Shown here: piece after piece, positions 19,461 to 27,883 of the stretch
How positions within the stretch are numbered: position 1 is the first letter of the stretch
Layout of the letters: the number at the start of each line of letters is the position of its first letter
From: Synechococcus elongatus PCC 6301
Lineage (GTDB): Bacteria; Cyanobacteriota; Cyanobacteriia; Synechococcales; Synechococcaceae
DNA: 32,000 nt
Assembly: GCF_000010065.1 (NCBI RefSeq)
Contig: NC_006576.1
Coordinates: 2,580,001-2,612,000, forward strand
Direction: 5' to 3'
Notes under the pieces: model-generated
What the model was told of the DNA's origin: nothing
What the model saw: only the letters and a program-made list of their open reading frames with translations
Databases searched by the model: none
Translations under genes and position numbers: made by a program

Positions 19461-19516
19461 AAAAATCCCCATCTCGCAGAGGACGTGAACGACAACATTC
19501 TGTCTTGAGATGGGGA
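19461..19516 (-). terminator. Rubrerythrin intrinsic terminator (long hairpin)
   Basis: Perfect 10-bp stem TCCCCATCTC (19466-19475) / GAGATGGGGA (19507-19516) with inner CAGA/TCTG pairing. On the minus strand it is followed by TTTTT (19461-19465). It lies 29 nt after the stop. Confidence 0.7.
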
Positions 19517-19544
19517 CTGTTTGCGGGCGATCGCGGATGCTTAA

Positions 19545-20261
19545 TTAAGCAGCGATCGCGGGCTCTTGGTAGGGAACAAAACTCTTTTTCGTCACTCCGC
19601 AGATCGGGCAGGACCAATCCTCTGGAATGGCTGCGAAGGGTGTCCCGGGTGCAATGCCAGAGTCCAGATCGCCTTCAGCCGGATCGTAAATGACAGAGCA
19701 TTGCAGGCAAATCCATTTCTGAGTTGCCGGATTTGAGTCTGCGGGCGCTTTGCTCGCGGTGCCACTTTCTAAGGCTTGCAGGGCAACGCCGTACTGCTTG
19801 GCATGGTACTCCTCGATTGGGGTCAGCAGGCCAAAGTTTTTGGCAGCCGTTTTGAAGATGCCGGCATGCTCGCGAGACTCTTCCTCTTGCTCCTTGAATT
19901 CCGCCGCTGCACTAGCGTCTCTCTCCGTCACGGCTTGGGCATAGAACTCGGGGTACATCGTTGTGAACTCGTAGGTCTCCCCTTCGATCGCCAGTTCCAG
20001 ACAGCGAGCTGCAATCTGTTTCTTCTCCTCTTCGCTGAGGCTTTCTGGATTGGCAACGACTAGTTCTGGGTGGAGCAGACGGAAGTGGGCGAAGGCATGC
20101 TCAGTCTCTTGATTAGCGGTTTCTCGGAAGAGTTTGGCGAGATCGGTGAGACCCAATTTTTTGCAGACATCTGCGAAGAAGAGGTACTTGCGGTTGGCCA
20201 TCGATTCACCCCCGAAGGCAGCTTCGAGGTTGGCCAAGGTGGTGGGGTTGGAGAGGTCCAT
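19545..20261 (-). CDS. Rubrerythrin-type diiron protein with C-terminal rubredoxin domain
   Basis: Ferritin-like N-terminal region (GESMANRKYLFFA, QETEHAFAHF). C-terminal WICLQCSVIYDP...DWSCPICGV has two CxxC pairs. ATG 20261 is preferred over TTG 20285. Confidence 0.92.
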   Translation of the reverse strand: MDLSNPTTLANLEAAFGGESMANRKYLFFADVCKKLGLTDLAKLFRETANQETEHAFAHFRLLHPELVVANPESLSEEEKKQIAARCLELAIEGETYEFTTMYPEFYAQAVTERDASAAAEFKEQEEESREHAGIFKTAAKNFGLLTPIEEYHAKQYGVALQALESGTASKAPADSNPATQKWICLQCSVIYDPAEGDLDSGIAPGTPFAAIPEDWSCPICGVTKKSFVPYQEPAIAA

Positions 20262-20286
20262 TCGGTGACAGGTGCCAGGTAACAAC

Positions 20287-20311
20287 TTATCTAAGAATAA
20301 GTCTTAGATAA
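20287..20311. promoter_or_regulatory. Perfect inverted repeat TTATCTAAGA-N5-TCTTAGATAA, candidate PerR/Fur-family operator
   Basis: Arms at 20287-20296 and 20302-20311 are exact reverse complements. The outer TTATC...GATAA is Fur-box-like. It overlaps the -10 of the rubrerythrin promoter. Confidence 0.6.
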
Positions 20312-20322
20312 AAAGCTGTCAA
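20294..20322 (-). promoter_or_regulatory. Rubrerythrin promoter TTGACA-N17-TATTCT
   Basis: On the minus strand: a consensus -35 TTGACA (20317-20322), an exact 17-nt spacer, and -10 TATTCT (20294-20299). The predicted TSS is near 20287. Confidence 0.55.
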
Positions 20323-20410
20323 ACCTAAAACTAAAAAACATTGAGATCTGAGTCAAATCTAGGAGAAAGGCTAGGATGGAAGAGCCCCTGATCTGCCTGC
20401 TCTCGGTTCT

Positions 20411-20860
20411 ATGTCTGCCTCCTCAACGCCCTCGGTCTCTATCCGCGATCGCTTGCAACAAGCGGGTTTGCGGGTAACGCCACAGCGATTTGCGGTCTAT
20501 GCAAACCTGCTGGGTCGCCATGACCATCCCACGGTCGAGACAATCCTGCAGGACATCAATCAAGAGTTGCCGATGGCGTCTAAGGCCGCTGTTTATGGCG
20601 CACTTTCGGTACTACGCGAAGTTGGCCTAATTCGGGAAGTGCTGCTCGATGAAGGGATTACCCGCTACGACGCGCGCACGGAGCCACACCATCACTGCCG
20701 CTGTGAGAGTTGTGGGGGGATTCAAGACTTGGACTGGACAGCGATCGCCCCGATTGATCTCAGTGCTGTGCCCGCAGGCTTTCGTCCCGATCGCTATGAG
20801 GTCACGATTTTAGGCCAATGTGCGGCTTGTGCTACATCCATTCGCAAGCCTAAAAACTAG
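20411..20860 (+). CDS. Fur-family transcriptional regulator, PerR-like
   Basis: RVTPQR winged-helix start, His cluster EPHHHCRC, and structural CxxC pairs CESC and CAAC. Divergent from rubrerythrin. Confidence 0.88.
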   Translation: MSASSTPSVSIRDRLQQAGLRVTPQRFAVYANLLGRHDHPTVETILQDINQELPMASKAAVYGALSVLREVGLIREVLLDEGITRYDARTEPHHHCRCESCGGIQDLDWTAIAPIDLSAVPAGFRPDRYEVTILGQCAACATSIRKPKN

Positions 20861-20862
20861 CC

Positions 20863-21783
20863 TTAGAGTTTTTCCAGGAATTTCGAGAGCGCCGCATCGT
20901 CGAGCCAGCCAGTATAGGCAGCGTAGCGACAGCAATCACGGCCCGTTGCAGGATCTGGGCTACTGACAAAAATATGTTGTACCCGCAGCGGATTCAGCCA
21001 GCGCCAAATTTTGACCCCGTCGGGTTGGCTCTTCAGCACCGCTGCCTTAGCAAAGTTCCGGTGGTTGCACTCGGTGAGATTAAGGCTGCGGAGTTGAGCG
21101 ATGAGGGTACCAGCGCGATCGCGAGGACGGGGCGCAATCGAGGGCTGTTTCCAGAATTGAGCGATCGCATCAGCGACTTGAGGATGGGATTTCAGGCGCG
21201 CGTGGGAAATATCTTTCAGCGTAACCAGCGTGGCTCGCTCAAACTCTGAACCGTTGACTGGCACGAGGCCATCACTATAGTCGCCTAGGTCACTGACGAT
21301 TGAAGCCGTGGGGATTTGAGCCGCGATCGCTTCAGCCAAAGGACGACGGTTTCGCCCTAAATCCTTGGCAATACTCGGCAATCGACCGAAGGGGTCGAGC
21401 AATCGACAGACATCTGAACCACTGACTGGCGACCCAACTAGCACCAAGCTATGGGTGCGGTCCCACCACTCACGATGACGGCTGAGGACTTCCAGCCAAA
21501 TCAACCCACCCATGGAATGCCCTAGGAAACGCAGGGGCCGATCCGGATATTGCGCGATCGCCTCGAGAACGACTGCTTCCACACTCTGGATCAGAGGTTC
21601 GATCGCAATCCAAGTGCGGAATCGCCCTAAATTCGGCGCGTAGACCTGCGAGTACTGCGGCGCGATGCTCTGGGCCATCTGCTGAATGGGGTACGAGCGA
21701 TCGTCCCAGCCATGTTGGGCAAAGAGGAGAAAAGGGGTCTCACGATCGGGGTGATCCACGGTGGTCGTCCGAGCCTGATCCAT
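20863..21783 (-). CDS. Alpha/beta hydrolase with unassigned C-terminal extension of about 110 aa
   Basis: Nucleophile elbow GHSMGG in RFLGHSMGGLIWLEVL. ATG start. Confidence 0.8.
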   Translation of the reverse strand: MDQARTTTVDHPDRETPFLLFAQHGWDDRSYPIQQMAQSIAPQYSQVYAPNLGRFRTWIAIEPLIQSVEAVVLEAIAQYPDRPLRFLGHSMGGLIWLEVLSRHREWWDRTHSLVLVGSPVSGSDVCRLLDPFGRLPSIAKDLGRNRRPLAEAIAAQIPTASIVSDLGDYSDGLVPVNGSEFERATLVTLKDISHARLKSHPQVADAIAQFWKQPSIAPRPRDRAGTLIAQLRSLNLTECNHRNFAKAAVLKSQPDGVKIWRWLNPLRVQHIFVSSPDPATGRDCCRYAAYTGWLDDAALSKFLEKL

Positions 21784-21890
21784 CGTAGGGTCGATGGGGA
21801 GAACGATCCCACTCTAACGATCGCGATCGGCTCTCTGAGAACGTTGCAAATGCGATCCGCTTCGGAAGCTTCTTATCTATTCAGGAATCA

Positions 21891-21926
21891 TTGAAAAGAT
21901 GTTGAGCGATTGCCGCTCAACATCTT
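21891..21926 (-). terminator. Intrinsic terminator of the repeat-protein gene
   Basis: Perfect 13-bp stem AAGATGTTGAGCG (21896-21908) / CGCTCAACATCTT (21914-21926) with loop ATTGC. The minus strand continues CTTTTC. Confidence 0.7.
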
Positions 21927-21978
21927 CCTTCTTCGCTCCCAAGAGTTGGAGGGTGAATCAGCGATCGCCAGTTCAGGC

Positions 21979-22701
21979 TTAGAAGCTAGCAAAAGCGACT
22001 TGGCAGGCAGAATTCATCAATTCAGCATCAGCAGGAGTTGAAGGGGGCTGCCCATTCAGGAAGCCCTGCTGGCAATCGGCTACTGCTTGATAGGTTTGTC
22101 CTTGGTAGCCAAAGGCAAATTTGACTTGACTGCTATTGATAGGAGCAACCGTTCCGTAATAAAGCGTGTAAGCACTGTTGGGCACTGAAACGTAGGTCAC
22201 GTTGCTGCTGATCGCATTGTCTATCGAGCTGCCAATAATCGCAGCACTCGTGAGAGTTGTGACCCCCCAAACAGCAGCGTTAGCCCCCCACCAACCCCAA
22301 GGTGGACTGCTCCAACCACCGTACCAACCGTAGCCGCCCCAGGGCCGTGCAGCGACCCAATTGTTGTTTACCCAGGCTGGACGAGTATTGATGTTATTGA
22401 TATTAACTGGGCGATTATTAATAATGACGTTTCCAGAATTAATCGGTCGGTTGTAGACTGGCTGATTAATCACAGGACGATCGAAATTATCGCGTTGCCA
22501 ATTGGGCTGATCTACCGGTCTATCAAAGTTATCGCGTTGCCAGTTCGGTTGTTCGACTGGACGATCTGGAAAGTCAGCGGGGCGATCGATCGGCCGACTA
22601 AAGTCTGGTCGCCCCCAACCCCCAGGTCTGGCTTGGAGAGGTAGAGCCAGACCAGTATTCACCATTAGTGCCAGACCAAAGCATGCCAGAGCCGTTTTCA
22701 T
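21979..22701 (-). CDS. Secreted repeat protein (DRPVxQPNWQRDNF repeats, N-rich and W/G-rich regions)
   Basis: Signal peptide MKTALACFGLALMVNTGLALPLQA. Tandem 14-aa repeats. Segment GGYGWYGGWSSPPWGWWGANAAVWG. ATG start and a terminator downstream. Confidence 0.75.
   Translation of the reverse strand: MKTALACFGLALMVNTGLALPLQARPGGWGRPDFSRPIDRPADFPDRPVEQPNWQRDNFDRPVDQPNWQRDNFDRPVINQPVYNRPINSGNVIINNRPVNINNINTRPAWVNNNWVAARPWGGYGWYGGWSSPPWGWWGANAAVWGVTTLTSAAIIGSSIDNAISSNVTYVSVPNSAYTLYYGTVAPINSSQVKFAFGYQGQTYQAVADCQQGFLNGQPPSTPADAELMNSACQVAFASF
22483..22566 (-). repeat. Two tandem 42-nt coding repeats
   Basis: 22525-22566 encodes DRPVEQPNWQRDNF and 22483-22524 encodes DRPVDQPNWQRDNF. The two copies differ at many synonymous positions. 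Confidence 0.9.
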
Positions 22702-22973
22702 TGTTGCTGCCTGTTTGAGTTCAACTGGCTGGCCGGGCCAACAGACCTAATACTCTGCTCACCCCTCTGAACTCACTCTAATTTCTGCACTCTCGGAAGA
22801 AGCAGTCCGTTACGAGTTCTTTAACTTGGCCGTGGGGGATTCACAGCTTTAGTAATAACAATTTGTTAAAAACAACTGGCGACAATCTGTGTAATTACAG
22901 TTTTCAGTAAAAAGATGCTATGAAGCTGAGGGGTGCGATTGCGGTCTTCCCTGCTTGTCGACCGGTAATGGGA

Positions 22974-23726
22974 TCAACTATCTGAGTGAGTCAGTTCTAA
23001 GGCTGTACAGGCAACCAGAGCTGCGGCTTGCTGGGCTGCTTTGATCGATCGCCCGACCCCGCTGCCCAACTTCTCGCCACGAAACCAGACCTCAGCAGCA
23101 AAAGCTGCTGGATCGCCACAGGCGTCACTGCGCTGCTCAGTACGGTATTCCGGAAGTTCTTGATAGCGCTGTAAGGTCCACTCTTGGAGAGCTGCTTTAT
23201 AGTTGCCCCGCGTTGGATCTTGGAGCATGGCCGTGGCCCGTTGCTGCAAGTGCGGATCGAGCCAAGAGCGAATTGGGTCAAGATTGCGCTGACTGAGGTA
23301 CAGCGCCCCGAGCAGAGCTTCAAAGGCTTCCGCTAAGCGGCTTTGCTGACCCGCGCGATCGTTGGCTGCCGTCTTACCCACGCGTAGGACACGCTCCAGG
23401 TTATAGCTAGCTGCGATCGCGGCGAGGGTGCGATCGCTCCCAAGTTCTGAACGCAGGGCAGAACAATCGCCCACGGATAAGTCGGGATAGTGACGATCGA
23501 GGAAGTCAGCGATCGCTAAGCGCAGCACAGCATCCCCCAAAAACTCCAAGCGATCGTAGTGGTCCTCAGCGGCGCTGGGATGGGTCAACGCCCGATCGAT
23601 TTGCTGCCAATCCAGCTCTGGCGCGATCGTCAGAGGCAATTTAGTTAGCAACCGCTGCAGTTGCTTGAGGCGCTGCGGTTCGACTGCGATCGCTGAATGG
23701 GAATGAGAAACTGTCACAACCGACAA
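22974..23726 (-). CDS. rnc: Ribonuclease III
   Basis: Signature DRLEFLGDAVLRL. C-terminal dsRBD-like YKAALQEWTL...GRSIKAAQQAAA. No ATG start is available. Candidates are TTG 23726, GTG 23717, TTG 23651 and TTG 23639. Confidence 0.92.
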   Translation of the reverse strand: MSVVTVSHSHSAIAVEPQRLKQLQRLLTKLPLTIAPELDWQQIDRALTHPSAAEDHYDRLEFLGDAVLRLAIADFLDRHYPDLSVGDCSALRSELGSDRTLAAIAASYNLERVLRVGKTAANDRAGQQSRLAEAFEALLGALYLSQRNLDPIRSWLDPHLQQRATAMLQDPTRGNYKAALQEWTLQRYQELPEYRTEQRSDACGDPAAFAAEVWFRGEKLGSGVGRSIKAAQQAAALVACTALELTHSDS

Positions 23727-23734
23727 GGAATAAA

Positions 23735-24113
23735 GTAGGGAAAGCAGGACATAAGCCGGGTTCTGTTCTCTGTCGAAGACAGAGGGCAGTTATCTCTCTG
23801 GGATGGCTATTACTAGCCACCTCTAGCGGTCCATAAACGGAACAGGTAAAAGACCAACCGTTGTCCCTCCACCTTGCTCCCAACCGGGGTTTACCGAGCC
23901 AACACCTCTCGATGTTGCTGGTGCGCTCTTACCGCACCCTTGCACCCTTACCTGTGCCTGCAAGCAGGCCATCGGCGGTATGTTTCTGTGGCACTCTCCT
24001 CACGGTCACCCGCACTGGGCGTTACCCAGCAAGTCTGGTCTTTTGGGAGCCCGGACTTTCCTCAGCCCATAACCGAAGCCTGAGCCGCAACTGCCTCGCC
24101 TCCTTTCCCCGCT
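23735..24113 (-). ncRNA. rnpB: RNase P RNA (bacterial type A); ends approximate to within about 5 nt
   Basis: The minus strand reads GAGGAAAGTCCGGGCTCCC (24045-24063), then GTAACGCCCAGTGCGGGTGACCGTGAGGAGAGTGCCACAGAAA, then ACAGAACCCGGCTTA (23752-23766). P1 pairing joins GGGGAAAG (5' end) with CTTTCCCT (3' end). Confidence 0.92.
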
Positions 24114-24231
24114 TCTAGTGTGCGAGTTTGTGCCGGAGCTTCTGGAGCATTCGGCTAGCTGGAACGGCTGAACGGGTTTGTTCCTTTGACCTGGGCACAG
24201 AGATTTACCTCAGTCATTCTTGATCTCGAGG

Positions 24232-25080
24232 CTACGATCGCTGCCGTTGGTAAATCACCAAGAGGATGATAGTCAGCAGCAGGTAACTCAGAATGCCGAT
24301 AGTCACGGAAGGTAGGTCTGGGCGCGAATCTTGGTGGGTTAGCAGCAGAGCGAGTCCTGGATTACGCATGGCGGTGACGATGGCGACGGTCGTTTGCTGA
24401 GTTGTCTCACGACCGGCAAGAACCTGACCCAGCCCTAGCGACAGACCGATCAGGGCCAACATGCCTACAAAAGCAATGCCGTTGTTGACCAGAAATTTCC
24501 AGATTAGCGGGGCAGTCTTGACTAGAATTAGCAAGCTGAGGATGACCAAGATTAGTTGGGCGATCGCCACCACCCGAGGCTGCCAGCGCGTGGCGGTGGT
24601 TGGTGACAGGGAACGCCACAGCATCCCAGCCAAAACGGGCAACACCTGAACACCAAAGACCTGTCCTGCCACCGTTAGAGCCGATAGAGTCCAGATGCTG
24701 GCTCCAAAAGCTGCCGTGAAACCGTAGACAAAAATCGGGACTGTGACGATTGCAAGGATCGCGGCACCTAGTTGAATCCGAATAGCCAGCAAATGCTCTC
24801 CGCCGGCTTGAGCTGCCCGCTGTTGAGCGAGGGGCGCACTAGGACAGACCAACATCAACGCGATCGCTGCGATTGCAGTCCGCTCAACAAAAGGCAGGAG
24901 TATCGCGAGGAGTCCAGCCCCCAGCAAGGGCAGCAGCACCGTTGTCCCCAACAGCGATCGCAGTACGAGAGCACGTTGGGTCTGGAGGCGGATCAAGGCA
25001 GAGAAGGATATCTGCGAGCCCAAGCCCACCATCATCGTGATCACCGAGGCCGAGATCAAGACTGGAATGATTGAATCCAC
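24232..25080 (-). CDS. Bile acid:Na+ symporter (BASS/SBF-like) family transporter
   Basis: Polytopic protein. MMVGLGSQISFSAL, VLLPLLGAGL, LVCPSAPLAQQRAAQAGG and TAMRNPGLALLL follow the SBF pattern. GTG start. Confidence 0.7.
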   Translation of the reverse strand: MDSIIPVLISASVITMMVGLGSQISFSALIRLQTQRALVLRSLLGTTVLLPLLGAGLLAILLPFVERTAIAAIALMLVCPSAPLAQQRAAQAGGEHLLAIRIQLGAAILAIVTVPIFVYGFTAAFGASIWTLSALTVAGQVFGVQVLPVLAGMLWRSLSPTTATRWQPRVVAIAQLILVILSLLILVKTAPLIWKFLVNNGIAFVGMLALIGLSLGLGQVLAGRETTQQTTVAIVTAMRNPGLALLLTHQDSRPDLPSVTIGILSYLLLTIILLVIYQRQRS

Positions 25081-25175
25081 GGCCTTCCTTTGGGCGATCG
25101 CCCGTATCCAGCTGGTATTAAGGGGTCAGTGGTGGGGCTGTTGCCCAGACCTACCTTTGATCTTGGCAGTCCTGA

Positions 25176-26696
25176 TCACTCGGCAGCAACTAATAACCGT
25201 GCTGCAAAATCATTGCGACCCCGTTCTTTGACGCGGCGCACTGCTTGATTGGCCACTCGGAATAATTGCTCGGGTGTGTGTTGGGGCTGCGGAATCACTG
25301 TGGCAATGCCATAGCTGAGAGTTGGCAAGACTGGTAAGTCTGCCTCGCTATTGGCCAAGCGCTCTTGGAGCTTAGCCACAACAGCGATCGCTCCAGAAGA
25401 ATCCGTACTAGGGAGCAGCAAGACGAACTCTTCACCGCCGAAGCGAGCAACAAAATCTTGATTCTGGCGGATGCCAGTTTTGAGAGTTTGGGCAACATGT
25501 TTTAGACAGCGATCACCCTGTTCATAGCCAAAGCGATCGTTGACAGTTTTGAACAAATCGATGTCTGCCACAATCAGCGAAAGTGACTGTTGCTGGAGTA
25601 ATGCCGTTTGCCAGAGTTCGGCAAAGGTTTCATCAAACGCCCGACGATTAGGAATTTGAGTCAGTGTGTCGGTGTAGGCCAGCTTATGCAGCTCAACATT
25701 GACGGCTTGAACGGACCGATAGAGCTGGGCTTGTTCAATCGCGAGCCCCAACTGAACCGCAACCGATTCCAAGAGATCAATCTCATCACGATTCCAGTGA
25801 TGATGGCTGCTGTAGTGAGCCAAGCTGATTAAGCCATTCGGGCGATCTTGGGCGGAGGTTCGCACCAGTAGCAGTGATTGGGGAGGCTCTACAGTCGGAA
25901 TCACCTCGGACTGATATTGGTCAAAAGTGATCGCATTGTCTTGTTGTAAAGCCTGCTGGACTAACGCATCGGGTAACTGCCATTGGATGGAACGATGGAT
26001 TTGCTCGGGCCGCACGTAATGCGACATCGAACAGATGGTTGAAGCATCCGTACAAGTGCTGATTGAGCAGTGATCAATTTCTAGGGTTTCACCCAATTCC
26101 TGCGCAGCAAGTTGGCAAATTTGATCGAGATCCAAACTGCTTCGCACCAAATTGCCCAGCCGCCGCTTAAAGCGTGCCAGGCTCCAGCGATGCTCCGCTT
26201 GATAGAGCGATCGCCGCAATTCCAGCTCACGAATCACCTGGCGGCTGAGGATTCTGAGGGCTTGCTGTTGCAGGTCATTCAGATGACGGGGTTTGCGGTC
26301 AATGACACAGAGGGTCCCGAGAATTTGTTCGTCATCCGTAATCAAAGGAGACCCCGCATAGAAGCGAATATGTGGCTCCTGGGTTACGAAGGGATTGTCG
26401 ACAAAGCGAGGATCAGCCTTGGCGTCTTCCACGATGAATAAATCTTCTTGCTGAATCGCGTGGCCACAAAATGATGTGGAGCGCGGGCTGGAGTCATCCT
26501 CGAGGCCAACTCTGGATTTAAACCATTGGCGATCGCGATCAATCAAGCTGATCAAAGCGATCGGTACCTCACAAATCGCCGCAATCAACTGCGTCAGGTC
26601 ATCAAAATGTTGCTCGGGCGGCGTATCAAGGATGCCATAGCGATAGAGCGCTGCCAGACGCTGCTCTTCAAAACGGGTAGGAATACACTGCAGCAT
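25176..26696 (-). CDS. GAF-GAF-GGDEF diguanylate cyclase
   Basis: C-terminal DIDLFKTVNDRFGY...RFGGEEFVLLL (GGEEF active site). The N-terminal GAF begins RLAALYRYGILDTPPEQHFDDLT. ATG start. Confidence 0.92.
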   Translation of the reverse strand: MLQCIPTRFEEQRLAALYRYGILDTPPEQHFDDLTQLIAAICEVPIALISLIDRDRQWFKSRVGLEDDSSPRSTSFCGHAIQQEDLFIVEDAKADPRFVDNPFVTQEPHIRFYAGSPLITDDEQILGTLCVIDRKPRHLNDLQQQALRILSRQVIRELELRRSLYQAEHRWSLARFKRRLGNLVRSSLDLDQICQLAAQELGETLEIDHCSISTCTDASTICSMSHYVRPEQIHRSIQWQLPDALVQQALQQDNAITFDQYQSEVIPTVEPPQSLLLVRTSAQDRPNGLISLAHYSSHHHWNRDEIDLLESVAVQLGLAIEQAQLYRSVQAVNVELHKLAYTDTLTQIPNRRAFDETFAELWQTALLQQQSLSLIVADIDLFKTVNDRFGYEQGDRCLKHVAQTLKTGIRQNQDFVARFGGEEFVLLLPSTDSSGAIAVVAKLQERLANSEADLPVLPTLSYGIATVIPQPQHTPEQLFRVANQAVRRVKERGRNDFAARLLVAAE

Positions 26697-26798
26697 GGGA
26701 ATCGTTTACCAATCGCTAGTGGCAGGAGTCGTCATCGTTCAAGAGCGAGCAGGAGTCTATGGGTTTACTTGAAAACTCAAGCTGATTTCAACATAACC

Positions 26799-27869
26799 TT
26801 ACCGTCTGTTTGAGGGAGAGATGCTCTTATTGGATTGAAACTGTTCAATTAATAAAAGGCGCACATCTAAACTGACGGGGCTCCGTAAGCGAGTCTCCAT
26901 CTGCTGGCGGATGTCATCCACTAAATTTGCTGAGATCACATCAGGTGGCGCCTCTAATGCAATTTCAAGATGGGTAGTCTGCCCTTGCAACTGGACTCGG
27001 ATGTCCCGGAGGCGGACGCCTGTCACAGCGCTATAACGACTGCGCAAAACATCTTCTGCAACCGTCACTACTTGGGCCCGGCGAACAGCTGCTTGCAGTG
27101 AAAGGCCCAAGGGAATAGTCAGGGTGAACATCGCAAGCACTGCAGCCATCAAACCCTGCCGAGCGCGGGTAAAGGTGCCGTAGTTCTGCCAGAGAAAAAC
27201 CCCACTGCTTGCCAAAATAATCCCTACCAAGTTGGTGAGGAATAACAGGAAGGAGCCGCCGGCAATGGGGAGAGAACCAAGGGCCAAACCTAACCCCACC
27301 ACGCTCAGCGGCGGTACCAAGGCCACCGCGATCGCGACTCCAGGCAGTGTATTGGCAATATCGCGCCGACATTGGGCAAGGGCACCAGTCGCTCCCGCTG
27401 CCAAAGCAACCCCCAAGTCCAGCAACGTGGGCTGGGTGCGACCCATGATTTCAGAGCCTGGATCGATACTGCCTAAGATGCCGCCGATGATGACGGCAAC
27501 CGTCACAGTGAGTAGAGCACCTGTGCTCAAAGCGAGGAGCGATCGCTTGAGCAAGCGTCGGTTCCCTGCCACGATCGCATAGCCGATCGCCAAAATGGGA
27601 CCCATTAGTGGCGCAACAATCATCGCCCCAATAATCGTCGCCGCACTGTTTGCTAAGAGGCCAAAACTGGCGATTGAACCCGACAAGAGCAGCAACAGAT
27701 AGTAGTCGGAAGTTGGCTCAGCAATTTTCCAAAGACTGCGGTTCAAGACGGGGAGACTGACGGGCCTGCCACCTATCCACTTCCAGCGGCCACTATTACG
27801 TTGGACAGCATCCTGAACTCGTCGACGCTGCCGAATCAATTGCCGCCGGGCACCAAAGGACAGCTTCAT
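26799..27869 (-). CDS. DUF389-family integral membrane protein
   Basis: SDYYLLLLLSGSIASFGLLANSAATIIGAMIVAPLMGPILAIGYAI is the characteristic DUF389 hydrophobic core. A soluble C-terminal domain of about 90 aa follows. Confidence 0.82.
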   Translation of the reverse strand: MKLSFGARRQLIRQRRRVQDAVQRNSGRWKWIGGRPVSLPVLNRSLWKIAEPTSDYYLLLLLSGSIASFGLLANSAATIIGAMIVAPLMGPILAIGYAIVAGNRRLLKRSLLALSTGALLTVTVAVIIGGILGSIDPGSEIMGRTQPTLLDLGVALAAGATGALAQCRRDIANTLPGVAIAVALVPPLSVVGLGLALGSLPIAGGSFLLFLTNLVGIILASSGVFLWQNYGTFTRARQGLMAAVLAMFTLTIPLGLSLQAAVRRAQVVTVAEDVLRSRYSAVTGVRLRDIRVQLQGQTTHLEIALEAPPDVISANLVDDIRQQMETRLRSPVSLDVRLLLIEQFQSNKSISPSNRR

Positions 27870-27883
27870 ACTGAAAATAGAAT

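Noticed and set aside
20283-20285. TTG start codon for rubrerythrin (ORF-track start)
   Set aside because: The predicted TSS near 20287 would leave essentially no leader. ATG 20261 gives a family-typical N-terminus (MDLSNPTTLANLEAAFGGES).
23641-24118. ORFs of 80, 85 and 69 aa overlapping the rnpB region
   Set aside because: The region is RNase P RNA, with conserved P4 and other universal blocks. The ORFs are artefacts.
25420-25460. Allosteric I-site (RxxD) of the GGDEF protein
   Set aside because: The sequence five residues upstream of GGEEF reads RQNQD (RxxxD), which is not the canonical RxxD. No claim is made.
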